NCBI RefSeq assembly: GCF_006345805.1
Contig: NC_043002.1
Coordinates: 80,476,001-80,540,000, forward strand
Source: Octopus sinensis
Lineage: Eukaryota
DNA length: 64,000 nt
Reading direction: 5' to 3'
The translations under genes were made by a program, and so were the position numbers. The notes beneath the pieces are model-generated. The model searched no databases. It saw nothing but the letters and a program-made list of their open reading frames with translations, and was not told where the DNA came from. Positions 1 to 11,813 of this stretch are shown here, piece after piece (within the stretch, counting starts at the first letter, position 1; every line of letters begins with the position of its first letter).

Positions 1-51
1 CAGTTAATAATATATTAAAGAATGCGCTAAAATTACGTGTTGGCTTCCGTA

Positions 52-165
52 CTCAGGGTACCACTGCGTGACACCTTCAGCAACTACTTTCTACTGAAGC
101 TTCGGGCCAACCAAAGCCTTGTGAGGGGATTTGATAGACGGAAAATGAAAAGAGCCAGTTCTATA
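52..165 (+). mobile_element. SINE family A, 5' part (degenerate)
   Basis: Matches the head of the full copy at 31381 (ccactgcgtg-caccttgggcaag...gccttgtgagtggatttggtagacggaaactgaaaga). Confidence 0.75.
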
Positions 166-378
166 TATACATATATGTAGGCAAATTTGTTGTTGAAAAT
201 GCACCTAAATTTGAAAAAATTGTAATTGTTTAAAATAAAATTTATTTACATATATACTAAACTAGCTTCAACAATATTTTTTGTTTAGAATAATGAATTA
301 GAAAAGCATCTTTTTGGGATCGATAAGTACCAGTAAAACACTGAGGTCAATGTAATTGACTAGCCCCCACTCCCCCAA

Positions 379-443
<65 letters not shown>

Positions 444-464
444 CATTATTATTATTATTATTAT
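379..464. repeat. (TTA)n microsatellite, preceded by a SINE-B-like fragment at ~308-372
   Basis: Near-perfect ATT array. Upstream gggatcgataagtaccag resembles the SINE B central domain. Confidence 0.8.
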
Positions 465-507
465 GTAAGCAAAATTGTTACTATGCCGGACAAAGTACAT
501 ACTAAGC

Positions 508-597
508 AGTATTTCGTCTGATCATTAAAAACTGAGTTCAATTTCAGTTGGGGTCCTCTTCATCGTATCCTTTCGGTGTCGATAAAGTATCAGGCAG
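508..597 (+). mobile_element. SINE family B fragment
   Basis: gtatttcgtctg...ctgagttcaa...catcctttcgg-gtcgataa, as in the copy at 48810. Confidence 0.65.
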
Positions 598-905
598 TTG
601 AACACAAAGATCGAATTTGGTACATGCGAACAGGTCGTGTCTATAATAATTGGTTCGCTGGGAGTAGTAAGCAAGTATAAAGACAAATGGCTGAAGGAGA
701 TTGAAATAGAATGCCCGGTAGAGCTCCTTCGGCAAGTTTGTCTTTTAAGGAGAGCTAGGATTATAAGGTGGGTTCTAAGCACTTGAAAGACTGCTGAAAA
801 TTTGTGGATACCCAAGGTTACAGTTAGTAACCCGCTATCCGCAAAAATTCTTCCAGGATTAAGACCGAACTGGAATCAAACCAAAATAATAATAAACACA
901 ACAAT
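598..905 (+). mobile_element. 3' end of an R4/Dong-like RLE non-LTR retrotransposon (endonuclease C-terminus, 3' UTR, TAA-rich tail)
   Basis: ORF ...VSIIIGSLGVVSKYKDKWLKEIEIECPVELLRQVCLLRRARIIRWVLST fits the R4-type 'IIIGALG...LQK..LLGTARILRKVL' terminus. An aataataata tail follows. Confidence 0.75.
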
Positions 906-1514
906 AATAACAATAACGATGTCGGTGATTATGATGATGATGATGGTGATGATGATGATGATGATGATGACGATGATGATGATTATGATGATGATGATAA
1001 AGCCTCACAGATTTCAATGGCTTCGTTTATATTTAGATATCAGGTTTCTGACAATTATTTCATGTTGTTTCTTTTTTTTTCTTGTTTTTTTGTTTCCCAT
1101 CTTGCTTATCCAGCTCGTATTTCACGTTCCTCTTCCAAACTGCTTTCTGACTGTTTTTGCTTTACAACGCATCCGACATTTTTCAAAGAGAAAACATGGC
1201 GGTTGTGTTTCAACAAAGCCACATAAAGACACATGATTAAACCTCGTGTGAATTTGTTTCCTTCCCGCTTTTTTAATGCTTGTTAAGTCGTAAAACATTT
1301 TCTCCCAGTCAAGGAAGAAAACCAACAAAGAAAAAAAAAATACACAGGCACACACATGCACGCACGTACGAACGCACACGCAAACAGATGTATGCACACA
1401 CATATACACACTAAAGATAAAGATTCTCGTATTACCACATCAGAGTCCAGCATGTCGGTAGCGATCGTCTGTTACAGCAGTTACGTATATACTGACATTT
1501 GTGTGGGTAGATAC

Positions 1515-1858
1515 ATGTATGTACGTATGTATGTATGTATGTATGTATGTATGTATGTATGTATGTATGTATGTATGTATGCGTGTATGTATGTATGTAT
1601 ATACATATATATGTATAATGTATGTATGTTAAAGGCGTACATGCATACACCAATGCATACGCGCTACACATATATACATATATGTGTATGCATACATACA
1701 TAGATACATATTTCCATGTTTTTCTGCTTTTGTCTCCCAAAACGTCTCCCCTTCTCTCTCTCTCTCTCTCTCCTTCCCTCTCGGCTTCCAGACATAAACA
1801 CAAAAACTCTCTCAGTAAAAAGCAGATGCATACATTCATATATATATGTATATATATA

Positions 1859-1889
<31 letters not shown>

Positions 1890-1925
1890 GTATGCATGTA
1901 TGTATATATATATATATATATTATA

Positions 1926-1979
<54 letters not shown>

Positions 1980-2006
1980 TATAATATATATATATATATA
2001 TATATT
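1515..2006. repeat. Compound (TATG)n / (TC)n / (TA)n microsatellites
   Basis: Seen directly. Source of the YIYIY/MYVC ORFs. Confidence 0.9.
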
Positions 2007-2561
2007 ATACAGGTAAACCGAATGGGCAGCGGAAACGACCGCCAACCTATATAGTCATCTGTACATGACATGTAATATATCTTTCTCGATCAAGTTCTTG
2101 TTTCTAGCATTTGTAATTTGTACTTTCATACATGATAAGTACGCGTCATAGGTTCGTAATCTAACTGTATAAAGGTGCTGAATGACTTTTTAAATTTAAT
2201 AGACATAATACGTTACGGACTGATATTATGCGGAAAATGTCTAACTATCACGATCATAAATACGCTAGATTTGCATTGTACGTGATATTACGAGAAACTA
2301 CTGCCGTCACTCACAAGCGAGTATTATTTGTTTACATTCATTGTGAAGTTGATAATTGATTTATAAATAACCATAGAGCCGTAGGTAGTCTTACACATTC
2401 TCTTTGCTTCAACTTTGACACGTTTAAGAACAGAGAGAATGTGATGGATGATAGGAGAGAAAGAGCTGTATAAATATTGGTCTTGTGTAAATTTTCAGTT
2501 GTGTAGACTGAAACAACGTGGAAAAAAGTAGTTTGCTCAAGAATACAAAGCACCACCTAGT

Positions 2562-3583
2562 CCAAAGACATTGTTATGTGTCCAGGATCTTAACAAGGGA
2601 AATATTTGATCCAAATTTAGACCAATAACATGCTTCCGTTAATGGGGAAACTAATGCCAGGTGCTTTGGCCGGTGAACTGTACAGATACTTGGAAGGAAA
2701 TGGTTGCTGCCCATTGAACAGAAAGGGTGCCGATAAAGGAGCCGGGAAACGAAGGATCAGCTCTTAAATGATAATCTAATTATCAGGAACTGCAAGAGAA
2801 GATATACAAACCTGAGTATGGCATGGGTTGACCATCGCAAACATATGATACGATACCACACTCTTGGATAATAAGAACAATGGAAATGAAAGTAGTAGCA
2901 AAGGATATGAGAAACCTTATATGGAACAGCATGAAATACTAGAGAACGGAATTGACAGCAGGGAAGCAAGTACTAGGAGAGGTGAAAATCAAGAGAGCAA
3001 TCCTCAAAGGAACAGTGACCCCCCCCCCACTGATATTCGTGATGGGGATGATCCCCTTGAGTGAAATACAACAGAAAACAAAGTCGGGGTGTGATCTGGG
3101 AAGAGGTAAGGGAAAATGAAACCACTTTCTATTCATGGACGACCTGAAACTATTCACAAAAGCTGAGGCAGAACTGGATAGCCTAGCCCAGTCAGTACAG
3201 ATTTTCTCCAATGATATTAAGATGGAGTTTGCCTCACAAAATGCGCTACGATGCTGATGAGACGAGGAAAGCTTGCCGGGACAGAAGGCATATGGCTGCC
3301 AAATGAGGAAATGATGAAGGCAATTCAATCTCAATCCTACTATAAATACCTGGAAATACTTCAGGCACAACTTGAAAGAAACACCATGACTTGAAGGAAA
3401 AGACAAAAAGAGAGTACCTACGGCGAGTGAGAAAAGTATTGGCTTCAAAGCTGAATGCCAGAAACAAAATTTCGGCAATAAACTCGCGCGCAATCGCAGT
3501 AGTTCGGTATGACGCTGGAATCCTGAAGTGGACAGAGGACGAGGTAAAGGAGATGGACAGGAAGTCAAGAAGGCTCCTAAATA
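2562..3583 (+). pseudogene. R4/Dong-like reverse transcriptase fragment (frameshifts and stops)
   Basis: Translated pieces FRPITC, RNCKRRYTNLSMAWVD, PLIFVMGMIPLS, HFLFMDDLKLF (RT catalytic FMDD), YKYLE and KREYLRRVRKVLASKLNARNKISAINSRAIAVVRYDAGILKWTEDEVKEMDRKSRRLL. Confidence 0.9.
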
Positions 3584-3810
3584 CTACTACCACTATTACT
3601 ACGACGACGACGACGACAACGTTTGCAACAAGTATAGTATTATTCGACGAGCTCAGAACAGGCTTCCTTCTGATAACGAGAAATGGTTTCGTACCCACGC
3701 TAATATCTGTGACGGTACTTTTGCATGTTATGCAAATATTAAAGTACATTATAATATAACAGCACAAAAAGTAACAACCACAAATGTGCACATAGATATA
3801 TTTCAAGAGA

Positions 3811-4262
3811 ACAATTGTCCCTTCCAGGACAGCCACATTATGCTGGCAAATAGCCTTTACTTTAAAGAACTGTTACTGAAGAGATTTAGTGACATTTAGA
3901 AATAATATTTCTGTTATTTAGGTCAGTGACTGTGTGTCACTTTGAAAACTATATATTTTCTAACGGTGAGTTCAGCAACGCTACCTAACCGTGCAGCTAC
4001 TCTGTGTCGATAAAGGGCAATAACCCGCAAATCCGTAAACAGATGTTGTCTTGTGCTGGATGGGAGTACTGGACTCCCTGTTCGAAAATATAAGGACACA
4101 GATATTGTGTCGTATAGCCAGCTGGAATCGATGTTTGCTGGGGCTAAACAGCAGCAACAATCATCCCTTCCAAGACAGCCATATTCTGTTGGCAAAGTGC
4201 CTTTACTTTAAGTAACTGTTACTGAATATCTCTCTTGGAGAGATTTAGAAATAATAATGGTT
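3811..4262 (+). mobile_element. ~1.3-unit tandem copy (period 346 nt) of a structured, hammerhead-derived repeat (retrozyme-like)
   Basis: 3811-3912 repeats at 4157-4262. The internal part is colinear with 54455-54700. Decayed hammerhead at 4002-4042. Confidence 0.6.
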
Positions 4263-4284
4263 CTATTAATAAAAATAAGACCTT

Positions 4285-4713
4285 TTTTCACGTTATCTTA
4301 TTTCTTTATTGCCTACAGGGGGCTACACATAGAAGGGACAAACAAGGAGAGACAAACGGAATAAGTCGATTATATCAACCCTAGTGCATAACAGGTACTT
4401 ATTTAATCGACCCCCGAAAGAATGAAAGGCAAAATCGTCCTCGGCGGAATTTGAACTCAAAACGTGTTGAGAGACGAAATACCTATTTCTTTACTACCCA
4501 CAAGGGGCTAAACACAGAGAGGACAAACAAGGACAGACAAAAGGATTAAGTCGATTATATCGACCCAGTGCGTAACTGGTACTTAATTTATCGACCCCGA
4601 AAGGATGAAAGGCAAAGTCTACCTCGGCGGAATTTGAACTCAGAACGTAGCAGCAGACGAAATAACGCTAAGCATTTCTCCCGACGTGCTAACGTTTCTG
4701 CCAGCTCGCCTTC
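4285..4713 (-). mobile_element. Two tandem SINE family B copies (5'-truncated plus full)
   Basis: Reverse complement of ggcgagctggcagaaacgttagcacg...gagttcaaattccgccgagg...ccccttgtgggtagtaaagaaata, occurring twice. Confidence 0.9.
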
Positions 4714-4839
4714 ACGCTATCTTCTTACTTCCATGGAAATCATCGCATAAAAACAATCTCTGTATATCAAAGGGATTTTTTTCGAGATCATATTGGGTTG
4801 AATGTACACAAGGTATCAGTAATTTTGTTTCATATCAAC

Positions 4840-4876
<37 letters not shown>

Positions 4877-5627
4877 CAAATATATACTAATATACATATA
4901 TATATATATATATTTGCATAAAGAAATACTTGCCTTTATGATCTCAACATACTTTCGTGTGTGTATGTGTGTTGTGTAAATGAATTAAAGCGGTTTATCT
5001 ATTATTTACTACACGTTTTCCTTCATATTCCTTGAGAAAACAGAGTTTAAGCCCACGGGTATAACTGCAGTTAAAAATAGGTGTGAATTATAAGTCACAG
5101 ACGTTATTCCCATAAATACAGCTTAAGAGAAAAATCAGAGACCGACTCCTCAGTGATATGACAGAGATAATAATGAGAATAATGATAATCTAAGAATACG
5201 ACTTTATTTCTTTACTGTTTGTTTTTTAGCACACACACAGACACACACACACATACACATATATGTATATGGGATAGAGCGATAAAAAAAAACACTTTAA
5301 AAGTTAGATTATCATTATTTTCTTTCTAGTATAGCTGAAAATTTGTTCCTTGATATTGCATGTACAGTTTCCTCCTTTTTTTGTCAATAAACACAAAGAC
5401 ACACCCGAACACGCGCGCACACACACACACGCACGCGCGCACACACATACGCACGCGCGCGCGCGCGCGCTCAACAGACAAAGGAAATTTAAACTAGAAT
5501 CCAACGACATTTTTTGGGGGACTGGCGCTCTTCATCAAACATGCAGATATTTAGTTTTCTGACTACGAGTTCTTCACTCTAAATTGCCTTTGCATCTTCC
5601 TGTCAAAAGCTAACACATGAATCTCTG

Positions 5628-5677
<50 letters not shown>

Positions 5678-5784
5678 CTCTTTCTCACTCTCTCTCTCTC
5701 TTTCTCACTCTCTCTCTCTCTTTCTATCTATCTATCTTTATATATATATATATATGTATGTATATGTATGTATGTGTGTGTATT

Positions 5785-6252
5785 ATAATGGGGGAAGCCG
5801 ATTGATGGGGTTACTCTGGGTTTCTCGTCCATAACTGGTTTGGCCCTTATGGGTTTGACCCCATAAACCTGTAGGCCTGAAGACCTCTTCAAAATATGGA
5901 AGGGTAAAACCTCACTAAGACCCATTTCGGTCATGAATGATTATACGATTGCACATAGAAATTCCTCCCCTAAGGCACAATCCGGGCAAGGTTGTTTATG
6001 GTAGACTTCCAGTTGCCCATGCATACCTGCTTTCCTTCTCCACGGAACCGATATTATCCAAGGGAAAGAAACTAAAGATGATACAGCATGGCATCTGTTA
6101 CGGTGCAATTCATTTCTATAGCTGAGTGAGCTGGAGCAAGGTGAAATAAAGTATCTTCCTCATGAACACAACACACAACCTGGTCTGGAAATCGAACTCA
6201 CTACCTCATGATTATGAGCCCGACGTTCTAACCACTTAGCCATGCGCTTTCG
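5785..6252 (-). mobile_element. SINE-D-like head joined to an RTE-like 3' tail
   Basis: 6110-6252 resembles the SINE D head (tRNA-like A/B boxes). The tail aaacaaccttgcccgga-ttgtgcc resembles RTE-LINE 3' ends. Confidence 0.5.
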
Positions 6253-6310
6253 TATATATAAGAAAAAGAGATGATACAGGAAAAAGTTGGTTATGTTATG
6301 AACTTCATTA

Positions 6311-6390
6311 GCTTGCGGCTGTTTCTGCTATAGGATGCAGTGGACTCGTAGCTGAGTGCCTGAATAACATCCTATAGCATCCTCGGAGCC
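6311..6390 (-). ncRNA. Degenerate type I hammerhead core with 12-bp stem II
   Basis: Minus strand: CCGAGGA-tgctataggatg...catcctatagca-GAAAC-agcc-GCA. The core and the cleavage triplet deviate from consensus. Confidence 0.4.
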
Positions 6391-6783
6391 TCGAATATGA
6401 AGTGCAGTGAGGACGTCAATACTGATTTATATTTTTTAAAAAGTGTATATACAATGGCAATTATATGTATGTGTATGCGTGTGCGCCCTTAGACAAACCT
6501 ATACGCATGAATGTATTTACGTGCACAAGCAGGAAGACGTACACACTTATATGCAGTTTGGGCATTCACCTTCATTTTCCTAGTAATTTCATGTTCATGA
6601 CCTTTAAAAATTGTTCAGGTTAAGACGGCATGGTTTGCATAACAGCAGCTGTATCACGTGTACTGAACTTTTATATAAAGCGTAAGTCCAACATATCTTC
6701 TTCATGGACGTGAATGATGGTTGTGAAATAAAGCAAAAAGGACCAGAAACCAAAATTTGATACCCTGGTGAGCATTCTATAGA

Positions 6784-6829
<46 letters not shown>

Positions 6830-6855
6830 AATAGTGTGTATGTGTGGTGTGTGTG

Positions 6856-6903
<48 letters not shown>

Positions 6904-7705
6904 TGCACCCTTTATAGCTCTTACTACAAGCTTATATGCTATTCAGTTTATATGTTGACAAATGGCTTCGGAATTTGCTTAGGTAAGAAATGGGATTGTG
7001 TGTTAACTGTTCATACGTTATTCTTCAAATCGTGACAAGTTAATAAAGTGATATATAATCACAATTTGTGTATGTAATCGGATCACTGGACTCATTCATT
7101 TGGAACTCAAATAAGTTACATTGACGTTGTATATCGACAGATGGAATATCAGGTTTGAATATCATAACGTAGATATTAGTATTGCTATTACATGATATAT
7201 GTGGATAGATGTTGAGATACAATATGCTGAAGCACATGGTTCTGGCTGAATGTGTTATATTTTGAAGAACCTTGCATGTATATCATGTATTCCATTGACA
7301 AGCTTTGCAGGGAATGACAAGAGAGCAAATGTAGAAATATGCACACACATAAACATACACAAATATACACATTCATACATACATATAGACATACATATAT
7401 AGACACAAACGCACACAGACACATGTACATACAGAAATACGCACACATACAAACACACAAACACATATACATATATTATATATAATGTATATATATATAT
7501 ATAACATACATATATATATGTATATATAATATATATATATATATATATATTACATATAGATATATATATAATATAGATATATATATACATATATTATTTA
7601 TATATATATATACATACATATATATATACATATATATACATATAGATATATGTATATACATATATATTTACTATATTATATATATATATATATATATACA
7701 TACAT

Positions 7706-7745
<40 letters not shown>

Positions 7746-8064
7746 CATATATATATATATATAAATATAAATATAAATATACATATATATATATAAATAT
7801 AATATATATATATATATATATATATAATATAATATATATATATATATACATATATATACATATACATTATATATATAAACAAACATAAAATATTCATACA
7901 AACACGAGCCACAAATTTACCTTCTACTCTCGAATGTCCCAGATGAACTTACATCACGGCAAGAAACTCAGAAGGCAGCATTATCGACCCTCCTACTTCA
8001 CCGAAACCCAGTCACATGCAAATGCCTGTTGAAATGTAGAAATATACTCACACAGTCACATATA

Positions 8065-8794
8065 CGAGGTCTGATCAACAAGTATTTGGGTTGTTGCCAT
8101 AGTAACGAATGTGATGCCAGCGGAGTAAGGCCGCTTGGCACACATTGACCTCTTCTGTTTACTTTCACTGTTTACAACAATTATTGGAATGTAAGTTTCT
8201 AGCGTGTGATCGTCGCACTGACCAAGAGAGAGAAAGATGTCATGGCGACACTTGCTCTGAGGCATATCAATGTTGCAGAATGTGTATGGAGAGGAGTGTA
8301 TGAGCTGCACACAAGTGTACAAGTGCTTCAGACGTTGCCAAGATGGCCGAAAAAATGTCGATATCGAAAAACGTTCTAGAAAACCCGCGACCAGCAGAAC
8401 TGAAAAAAAAAGCCATCACCGCGGCTGTGAGAAGAAATCTTTGAATCACCATTTGTGAATTATTGGAGTATATGCAAATTAGTTACTATTCAGATTTTGG
8501 TATGGGATGTGTGCCTGCCAAGTTTCTGCCAAAACCGCTTTGAACAAACCCAAAAGCCGATCAGGTTTCAGTTGCACGAGGATGGCGAAAACATTTTGAA
8601 AACTTTGCATAGGCCTCTGAGCAGGTATCTCCAAACTTTGATGCAGTTTCTCTGATCATCTTCCTCTGTCATGGTCAATACGACGATCAAACCCACAGCA
8701 GTGTTCAATGTAAATCTGTAGTAAGCAGCTTCACACTCTGTGCTTTAGCTTCGTTTCTATAGCAACAGTATGGATACTTATTGGTCAGACACGG
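8065..8794 (+). mobile_element. Internally deleted mariner element with TIRs and TA flanks
   Basis: TA|cgaggtctgatcaacaagtat ... atacttattggtcagacacgg|TA. The ORF YGEECMSCTQVYKCFRRCQDGRKNVDIEKRSRKPATS is a mariner HTH N-terminus. Confidence 0.85.
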
Positions 8795-8948
8795 TATGTA
8801 TATATTATATATATATAATATATATATATTATAATATGTGTGTGTGTGTGTGTGTGTGTTGTGTGTGTGTGTGTGTGTGGTGTATATATATATATATACA
8901 CACACACACACATATATATATATAATTATATCTATATATATATATATA

Positions 8949-8985
<37 letters not shown>

Positions 8986-9026
8986 CATATATATACACGT
9001 ACATACATACATGCATGCATATATAT

Positions 9027-9464
9027 GACTGCTTCTTCTAGCGTTTAAAATTATGTGTTAAGGTCATTTCTCTTGTGTTTAAATGTACATTATTTTATAT
9101 TGAGAATATGTTGTCTATTGACTTTTTATACATGCTAGGCCACTGGTAGTGAAATTTCTGAAAATATTCGCTACCCTATATATATTACGTATTGATTTTA
9201 GCATTTCGAAAAATCAGTTCGACATTTTTTCACTTACTGCCGATTGAAACTGCGCTTGCGCGGTCAATTTGAAAAAGTTTAACATATAATGATGAGCCCG
9301 TGTTATTTGTCTCTAAATTATATGTTAATGTTATTGTGCGGTTACTGATGAGAAATTGATCTTAAATGTGGTTTTGGTCGGTCTTGACTGCTTCTTTTAG
9401 CGTATGAAATTGCCTGTTAAAGGTAATTCCTGTTGTGTTTAAATGTACACTATTTTATATTGAG
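9027..9464 (+). repeat. ~1.2-unit direct repeat (period 359 nt) with a decayed hammerhead-like core at 9281-9332
   Basis: gactgcttcttctagcg...tattttatattgag at 9027-9104 recurs at 9386-9464. Confidence 0.6.
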
Positions 9465-9495
<31 letters not shown>

Positions 9496-9559
9496 ATGTG
9501 TGTGTGTGTGTGTGTGTGCGTGTGTGTGTGCGTGTGTGTATGTGTGTGTAGGAGGGTGT

Positions 9560-9813
9560 ATTTTCATGTGGTTGGATTTGGATGAAGGAAGAGAGTCGAT
9601 CCTGCTGCCCACTTTTGAATGTCTTGCCGTATGGTTGCTTCAACTGTCACCTTCGAGGGCAGAAGTTAGATTTGTAGTTCTTGAAATCATCTATATATAT
9701 CGATATATATATATATATCGAAGGTGACAGTTGAACCTACCACACGGCAAGACATTCAAAAGTGGGCAGTAGTAACGAACCTCCTCTTCACTCAATCCCA
9801 ACCACATGAAAAT
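9560..9813. repeat. Inverted repeat, ~97-bp imperfect arms
   Basis: 9560-9656 is the approximate reverse complement of 9718-9813. A related sequence lies at ~7945-8035. Confidence 0.75.
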
Positions 9814-9950
9814 GCTCATTGAAATATTGATGATGCCGATAGTGTACCAGCGGGAGCACAGATCTTGCGCTGAAATGGATAAAAGAATAATACATATGTG
9901 AGTATGCGTATGTGTGAATATACATGTATAAATTAAAATATATACATACA

Positions 9951-10328
9951 TGTGGCACTCCGTCGGTTACGACGACGTGGGTTCCGGTTGATCCGATCAA
10001 CGGCACAGCCAGCTCGTGAAATTAACGTATAAGTGGCATAGAACTCCAAAGACACGTGTACCCTTAACGTAGTTCTCGGGGAGATTCAGCGTGACACAGA
10101 GTGTGACAAGGCAGGCTCTTTGAAATAGAGGTACAACAGAAATAAGAAGAAAGTGAGAGAAAGCTATGGTGAAAGAGCACGGCAGGGTTCAGCACCACCC
10201 ACTTACTGGAGCCTCGTAGAGCTTTTGGTGTTTTCACTCAATAAACGCACACAACGCCCTGTCTAGGATTCGAAACGACGACCTTACACTTGCGAGTCCG
10301 CTGCCCTAAACACTGGGCCATTGCGCCT

Positions 10329-10332
<4 letters not shown>
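9951..10332 (-). mobile_element. SINE family C, full length (tRNA-like head)
   Basis: Minus-strand start ggaggcgcaatggcccagtgtttagggcagcggactcgc...gtttcgaatcc. Fragments also at ~11377-11425 and ~35978-36075. Confidence 0.85.
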
Positions 10333-10369
<37 letters not shown>

Positions 10370-10497
10370 ACATAAGATATGTACTTATATTATGTATATA
10401 TAAAATATAATATATATATAATATATAATAAAATATTAGGGAATAATCCAAATTTACAGGGAAAAATCAGATTTAGGATTGAATCCAATTTTATAGT

Positions 10498-10730
10498 AAA
10501 ATATTATATAATATTAATTAGAGACAAAACCACTATGTTGAAAATCAAACAAGGAAAGACTTAATCAATAACATAAAAAAATTTTAATATAAAGTAAATA
10601 AATCGCCACTACAATTGTTACCTGATGAATGTCATTTGAAGACAGGAAACAATTTATGTATTGATTAAGTCTTTCCTTGTTTGATTTTCAACATAGTGGT
10701 TTTGTCTCTAATTAATATTATATAATATTT

Positions 10731-10731
<1 letters not shown>
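10498..10731. repeat. Perfect 73-bp inverted repeat enclosing a hammerhead-like core (Penelope-type inverted tail)
   Basis: 10498-10570 is the exact reverse complement of 10659-10731. The spacer contains CTGATGA-atgtc-atttgaa-gacag-GAAAC-aatt. Confidence 0.8.
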
Positions 10732-10762
<31 letters not shown>

Positions 10763-10811
10763 TACATATATATCTGTAAATGTAATATTTGACAAGTATT
10801 CGGTGGCCATG

Positions 10812-10870
10812 ATAAAACACCGAGTTTCGGATGCCGCGGTGGAAATCCACGCCGCCATCTCTTCAGTTAT
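10812..10870 (-). ncRNA. Degenerate type I hammerhead core
   Basis: Minus strand: ataa-CTGAAGA-gatg...catcc-GAAAC-tcg-GTG. The triplet GUG does not fit the NUH rule. Confidence 0.4.
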
Positions 10871-11475
10871 CCGGCCATCGGAAAAATACTAAGAAAATGA
10901 CCCTCATACAAAGGGAAATTACCGTATGATTGACCTTTATTAAGACAAAAGAGCTATTTGAATGACCACTAAGTGAGGGGAGGGAGTAAAAGTAAGGGGG
11001 TAAAAAGTTCATAGTATTCACGTGAGCGGGCATGTTCATACCTACACATGCGCATCCGCACACCCACGAGTATGCGCCTAAAAGTATACATTCATCCACC
11101 CTCACTTGAAACTTACACATCCTCAACCGCACCATTCGCCAAATATATATATATATATATATATATATGCACGAACCCACACTCACACACACACACCATA
11201 AAGTTCATACACGCGTCTATATACGCACAAGCACAATAAAAAACAGGGCTAAGGGTAGCAATACAGAAAAAAACGAGAGGCAAGCAAATTATCAGCCGTG
11301 CGAATTATCAGTGGCACAGAAGTATATTTGACGTCTATTCTTAGCGATATAGGTGTTCATGTAGTGCCGTCGTATTTATGGAGGCGCAATGGTCCAGTAG
11401 TTAGGGCAGCGGACTCGCGGTCTGTGGGTCCGCCAAATTTAGGTGGCAAAGATACTTCACGATATATATATATAT

Positions 11476-11532
<57 letters not shown>

Positions 11533-11813
11533 CATATAAATTGAATTAGAGATAAAACCACTATTAGGCAAATCAAACAGTGAAAAACATAAACCAAAAC
11601 ATAGAAATAAAATTAATTAATATAATATACAAAATATATAAAATATAAAATAAAAATATAAATTATAAAATCAAAGTTAAAAATTAAAAATTATTAATTT
11701 ATATTTATAAATTATATATATATATATATATTTTTTATATTTTTATTTTTATGTTTATTTTTTATTTATTTTATTATTATTATTATTTTTTTTATGAATT
11801 AAATATATATAAC

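Noticed and set aside
1356-2054. [13 protein letters not shown] ORFs here and throughout the window
   Set aside because: Translations of di- and tetranucleotide microsatellites.
7930-8020. atgt-cCAGATGA...GAAAC-cca-GTC-acat possible hammerhead
   Set aside because: The core is mutated, the ~55-nt 'stem II' does not pair, and the homolog at 9718-9813 lacks the motifs.
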